A stretch of 60,785 bases of DNA, filler included, from Collodictyon triciliatum (taxonomy: Eukaryota), in assembly GCA_043381765.1 (NCBI GenBank). It is 4 parts of 4 records of this genome, joined end to end, with 100 filler letters (N's around TTAATTAATTAA, not from the genome) between each part and the next. Parts side by side here need not be neighbours in the genome. Positions count along the whole stretch, not along the records: positions 46,180 to 60,785 come from JBHJMP010001796.1; 3 more parts are not named here. One strand, 5' to 3'. A program made the position numbers and the translations under genes. The notes beneath the pieces were generated by a model. The model was not told where the DNA came from and did no database searches. It was given only the letters and a program-made list of their open reading frames with translations. Within the stretch, counting starts at the first letter, position 1; each line of letters begins with the position of its first letter. Shown here piece by piece: positions 57,272 to 60,785 of the stretch.

Positions 57272-60200
57272 CTATAGATTCTTTTCCGCAAACTTGACCA
57301 TCTCCTCGAACGTGCGTGCTCCATCGTATGTGACAAACTGGGTCTTGTCGTTGGCGGGATAGAAGCGAATGGTCGGGAAGCCTCGGATTCTGGGTTCAGG
57401 GCCAGAGATGTCGTTGATACTGCCGTCCATCTCAGCCTGGGTTAAAAGAAAAGAAGTCGACTTTGTAAGAATCAGACATAACGGAAAGGCAGGCATAGAA
57501 GTCCTCGTGTGGGTGAAGAGGAAGATTGGACATTCCATCGATAAGAAAATCACAGGAATCACATATACTTGAACGTGGGTTTTGGAGAGAGCTTACAATC
57601 ACTATTTTATCAGAGCCAGTAAATTTCTCGCCAACTTTTTCCCAAGCAGGTGCCATGCTTTTGCAGTGACCGCACCCTGTAAAAATTATATAAGATTTTT
57701 TTTTTGAGTATCTCATTCACTCCAATATTATTTATTTTGAAAAATGACTAACTAGAGACAGTCATAAACGACTTCAAAAAAAGTATCGACCGGTTCCGGC
57801 TCATTTAATATTTGATTTAATCGACACAATTGGGTATACAAAAAGGTAGAAAGTCACATGGAGCATAGAGCTTGATGAAGACAGCCCGAGACTCTTGAAG
57901 GACAAGTTGTTCAAAAGTCTTTCCAACAACTTTCAGAACTGGTTTGCTGTTGTCGTCAGGGATAGGTTCGGAGCGAATGGAAGGAGGGACCTTTCCCGAT
58001 AAGACACCAGAAACCCACTGTGAGGAATGTATAGTTTACGGCGTGGAACAGTTGGTATTCAATGATTTCCAAAGCTCGCTTATTTGAAAAAATAAGATGC
58101 CCCTGAGTGTGAACTCTTGAAGTTGATTTACTGATTTCAAAATTGGATACAATTAAACGATGGTTCATGATAGTTCACCTCATTCAGGTTTTCAAACGAT
58201 AATTCCGTTTCCTCGTTAAAGGCGAAGATAGTGTTCTAATACAGTTTATATAATTAGAGTGGGTCCCCTCCGAAGTGTGATGGAAATATTTACTTCACTA
58301 TTTGCTAAATGGTTTCATGCATAATTGTACTGTGAGGTGTCAAGATGAGGTATTATTGATTTAAAGTTTACATCCAGTCTCTGAATAGCGATAGCCGGGA
58401 AGACTTTTCCGGATAGTCCAATCATGGTTGGGTATTGAGGGTATTTCTTGCTATTGAAATTGATGTTGCCAATTTGACAATACGTTGTAAGACTCAAAGA
58501 GTCAATTTCGTGGTGATATCATATTTAATTATGAAGTAAAGAAAATTGGACTTCATTACACCTGGGCGACATCTATATAAATAAATAAAAACAAAACATA
58601 CGCGTCAATGTACATGAAGTAGATGTCTCCTGTGTGGACTTTGGCGACATCAGCTAGATTTTGAATGACCTCCTTGTTAATTCCAGTTGACGGGGAACTA
58701 TCAATAAAGAGAAAGGCGAGGGGCTTTCTGAACTCGGCATAAGCCCGGATTCTATCTTGCGTGAATTCAGCCTGTCCAATTCAACGTGTTGGTATTGTAA
58801 TTATTTATCAAAGGGTATAATGAAACTGAAAATGAAGATTGTGTGTGTAGTGATATTGCTACTATTCATTTACATGTACATTTGTTCTTCAAACATTACT
58901 CACAACAAGGGGGACTTTATTCTTTTGAACGAATTGAGAAAGTTCCTTGACTTCAAAGTTACCCTGGAAGGGGACAACATTATCATCAAATTGCTTCAAC
59001 AAGACGAACTTGGTCTCATCCGGGACTCCAAAGCTTTGTGTGACGGCATTCAATTAAGCCAGGTAATGAGTATCGGGGTAATCATGGTGATATGAAGGTT
59101 CTTTGGGTGTGTCGATTTTAAATTATTTGGCAGATATTTAATAAGAAAATTACGATTTCAACAACTCAGGGTTGCTGATTTGAAGGAAAGGCAGGTCATC
59201 ACGAAGCGACTCAGAGACAGTTTGGATAATCGGGAACTCTGTTCAAGGCCAAGAAGAAAAATAAGCAAACCAGCGCCTAGAGCATAAGCATATGGGAATA
59301 ACAAAACGAGGACTATATGTTGTAAATATTTACCGGCAGCTGTCTGAGAAAGGTTAATTACAGCTACAATCTCATTCTCTCTCACATACGTGAGGAACGC
59401 AGCTTCGTCACTGACCTCCACGATGGAGGGCTCGTACTGTCTGTCATAGTAAAGAGAGTTACTTGTTTTGAAAACAGCAAAGGAATGGCTTCCATTCATA
59501 TTACCGCATGCTTGGAAGTATGGCGTACAAAGTCATTGGGTCTGTACATACTTTTTCATGTACTTGACAATTTCATCTCTATTGCGGCCTCCGCGGTATG
59601 GTTGAGCGATACCCTCTCTGGATACCCACAGTGGAAATAAGAGTATCTCAGTATTATTAATTCAGGTGTATGTGTGGGCTATTGTTTAATAAAATAGGAA
59701 TATATACCGTGTTTTCATTTGGAATACTGATGGAAATAACAATATGAGAAAAAGTGAAATAAAAATCTTTGTAAAAAGGAAAAGGAAATGAATAAGGACC
59801 TAAAGACAAATAAGGTTGGGTATCCATCGACGTGGAATCTCTGCGCAGTGGCCTCGGCCTGAGTGGCATCGATCTTTGCAAACGGCACTTTTCCCTATTC
59901 AAACAGTGCGCAATTAAATTTGAAATCGAGAAAGAAAAAGAAAAGTAAGAGAGTAGATGGGATATTGGGTGTTCAAGGAGGTATAGTATAAAAAAAAAAG
60001 GGAGGGAGGGAGGGGGGAAGCGGAAAATATCTTCTCGTTAATACCTTCAAAACTCCGGCAGCTGCGTCATACTCAGGTGCCAAATGTTTGCAGTGGCCAC
60101 ACCCTTTTCATGTTTCGAAATCGTGTAAACATAGATAATTAAGGAAAATGATTCGATTGTTGACGTATCAGACCATACTGCAATAGTAATGGTTCACTGA

Positions 60201-60585
60201 TACTCTGCGTAAGAGACAAGGGAGACAGTCGAACAGAATATGTAAAATAAAGGTATGAAATAAAAAGAGTGACTCTCCCCAACGCAAAGAGGAAAGGAGA
60301 CAATGAGAACGGTTTGTTCAAATGGAAGGTAAGGTAGGCAATCCATACGTGATTAAATAAAAAGAAAATAATAAAGAACCTACACGGCGCGTAGAATTCG
60401 ACAATTGAAAGAGGATGGGCCTGCACAAATGCGTCGAAAGTTGCCTCTGTCAGAGACTCGACATGTTTGTCTTCGTACCCAACTTCAGGCGACTCAGCGT
60501 GCGCCATGGCTGAGAGAATGCAGGCAAAGGCGACAGCGATGGTTGTCGTGAGAGTCATGAACGAAATACTGCGTCTCCCTTGCAT
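57272..60585 (-). CDS. PDI: Protein disulfide isomerase (a-b-b'-a')
   Basis: Signal peptide; two WCGHC sites, each split by an intron (EFYAP-W|CGHCKHLAPEY; KLYAP-W|CGHCKSMAPAW); GYPTL; IRGFPTIRFYPA. Confidence 0.95.
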
Positions 60586-60676
60586 CGGTTTTGATCCTCT
60601 AACAGCAATAAATGTTGATCGACAGACAAAAAAGTGTCCAGGATGAGGTTTTCAAGGCGACCTTGTTTCTTTATTG

Positions 60677-60785
60677 TTTTTTTGGTTTTTTGGTTTTTTT
60701 GGTTTTTTTGGTTTTTTTGGTTTTTTTGGTTTTTTTGGTTTTTTTGGTTTTTTTGGTTTTTTTGGTTTTTTTGGTTTTTTTGGTT
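60677..60785. repeat. (T6-7GG)n simple repeat upstream of PDI
   Basis: Read directly from the sequence. Confidence 0.9.

Noticed and set aside
60677-60785. Telomere-like T/G repeats (also 6890-7008)
   Set aside because: Irregular unit length; one lies in an intron and the other just upstream of PDI, typical of this genome's simple repeats.

Overview
Intron-rich, microsatellite-rich genomic DNA from a eukaryote, probably a non-fungal microbial one (inference). It is interrupted by plain N gaps and by three artificial 100-bp spacers (N44-TTAATTAATTAA-N44). Genes in order: a partial last exon; an intronless FBXL-type LRR protein; a bacterial/plant-type lumazine synthase; a fungal-type homocitrate synthase next to an Aco2-type aconitase (likely homocitrate dehydratase); RFWD3; a large LRR/Cys-rich/multi-TM receptor containing twelve 69-nt one-repeat exons; LINE fragments; tRNA-Ala(CGC); a heptad-repeat protein; COP1; SMU1; a universal stress protein; a CIPK-type kinase with NAF motif; a Swf1-like DHHC acyltransferase; a disrupted membrane-protein ORF; and PDI. 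The most notable items are (1) three 27-28 bp insertions, each flanked by a 13-19 bp target-site duplication and matching the 3' tip of the local LINE, (2) a possible lysine-pathway gene pair, (3) the LRR cassette-exon array, and (4) a LINE starting just 3' of a tRNA gene. Exon models were built by eye, and family assignments rest on remembered motifs, not database searches.
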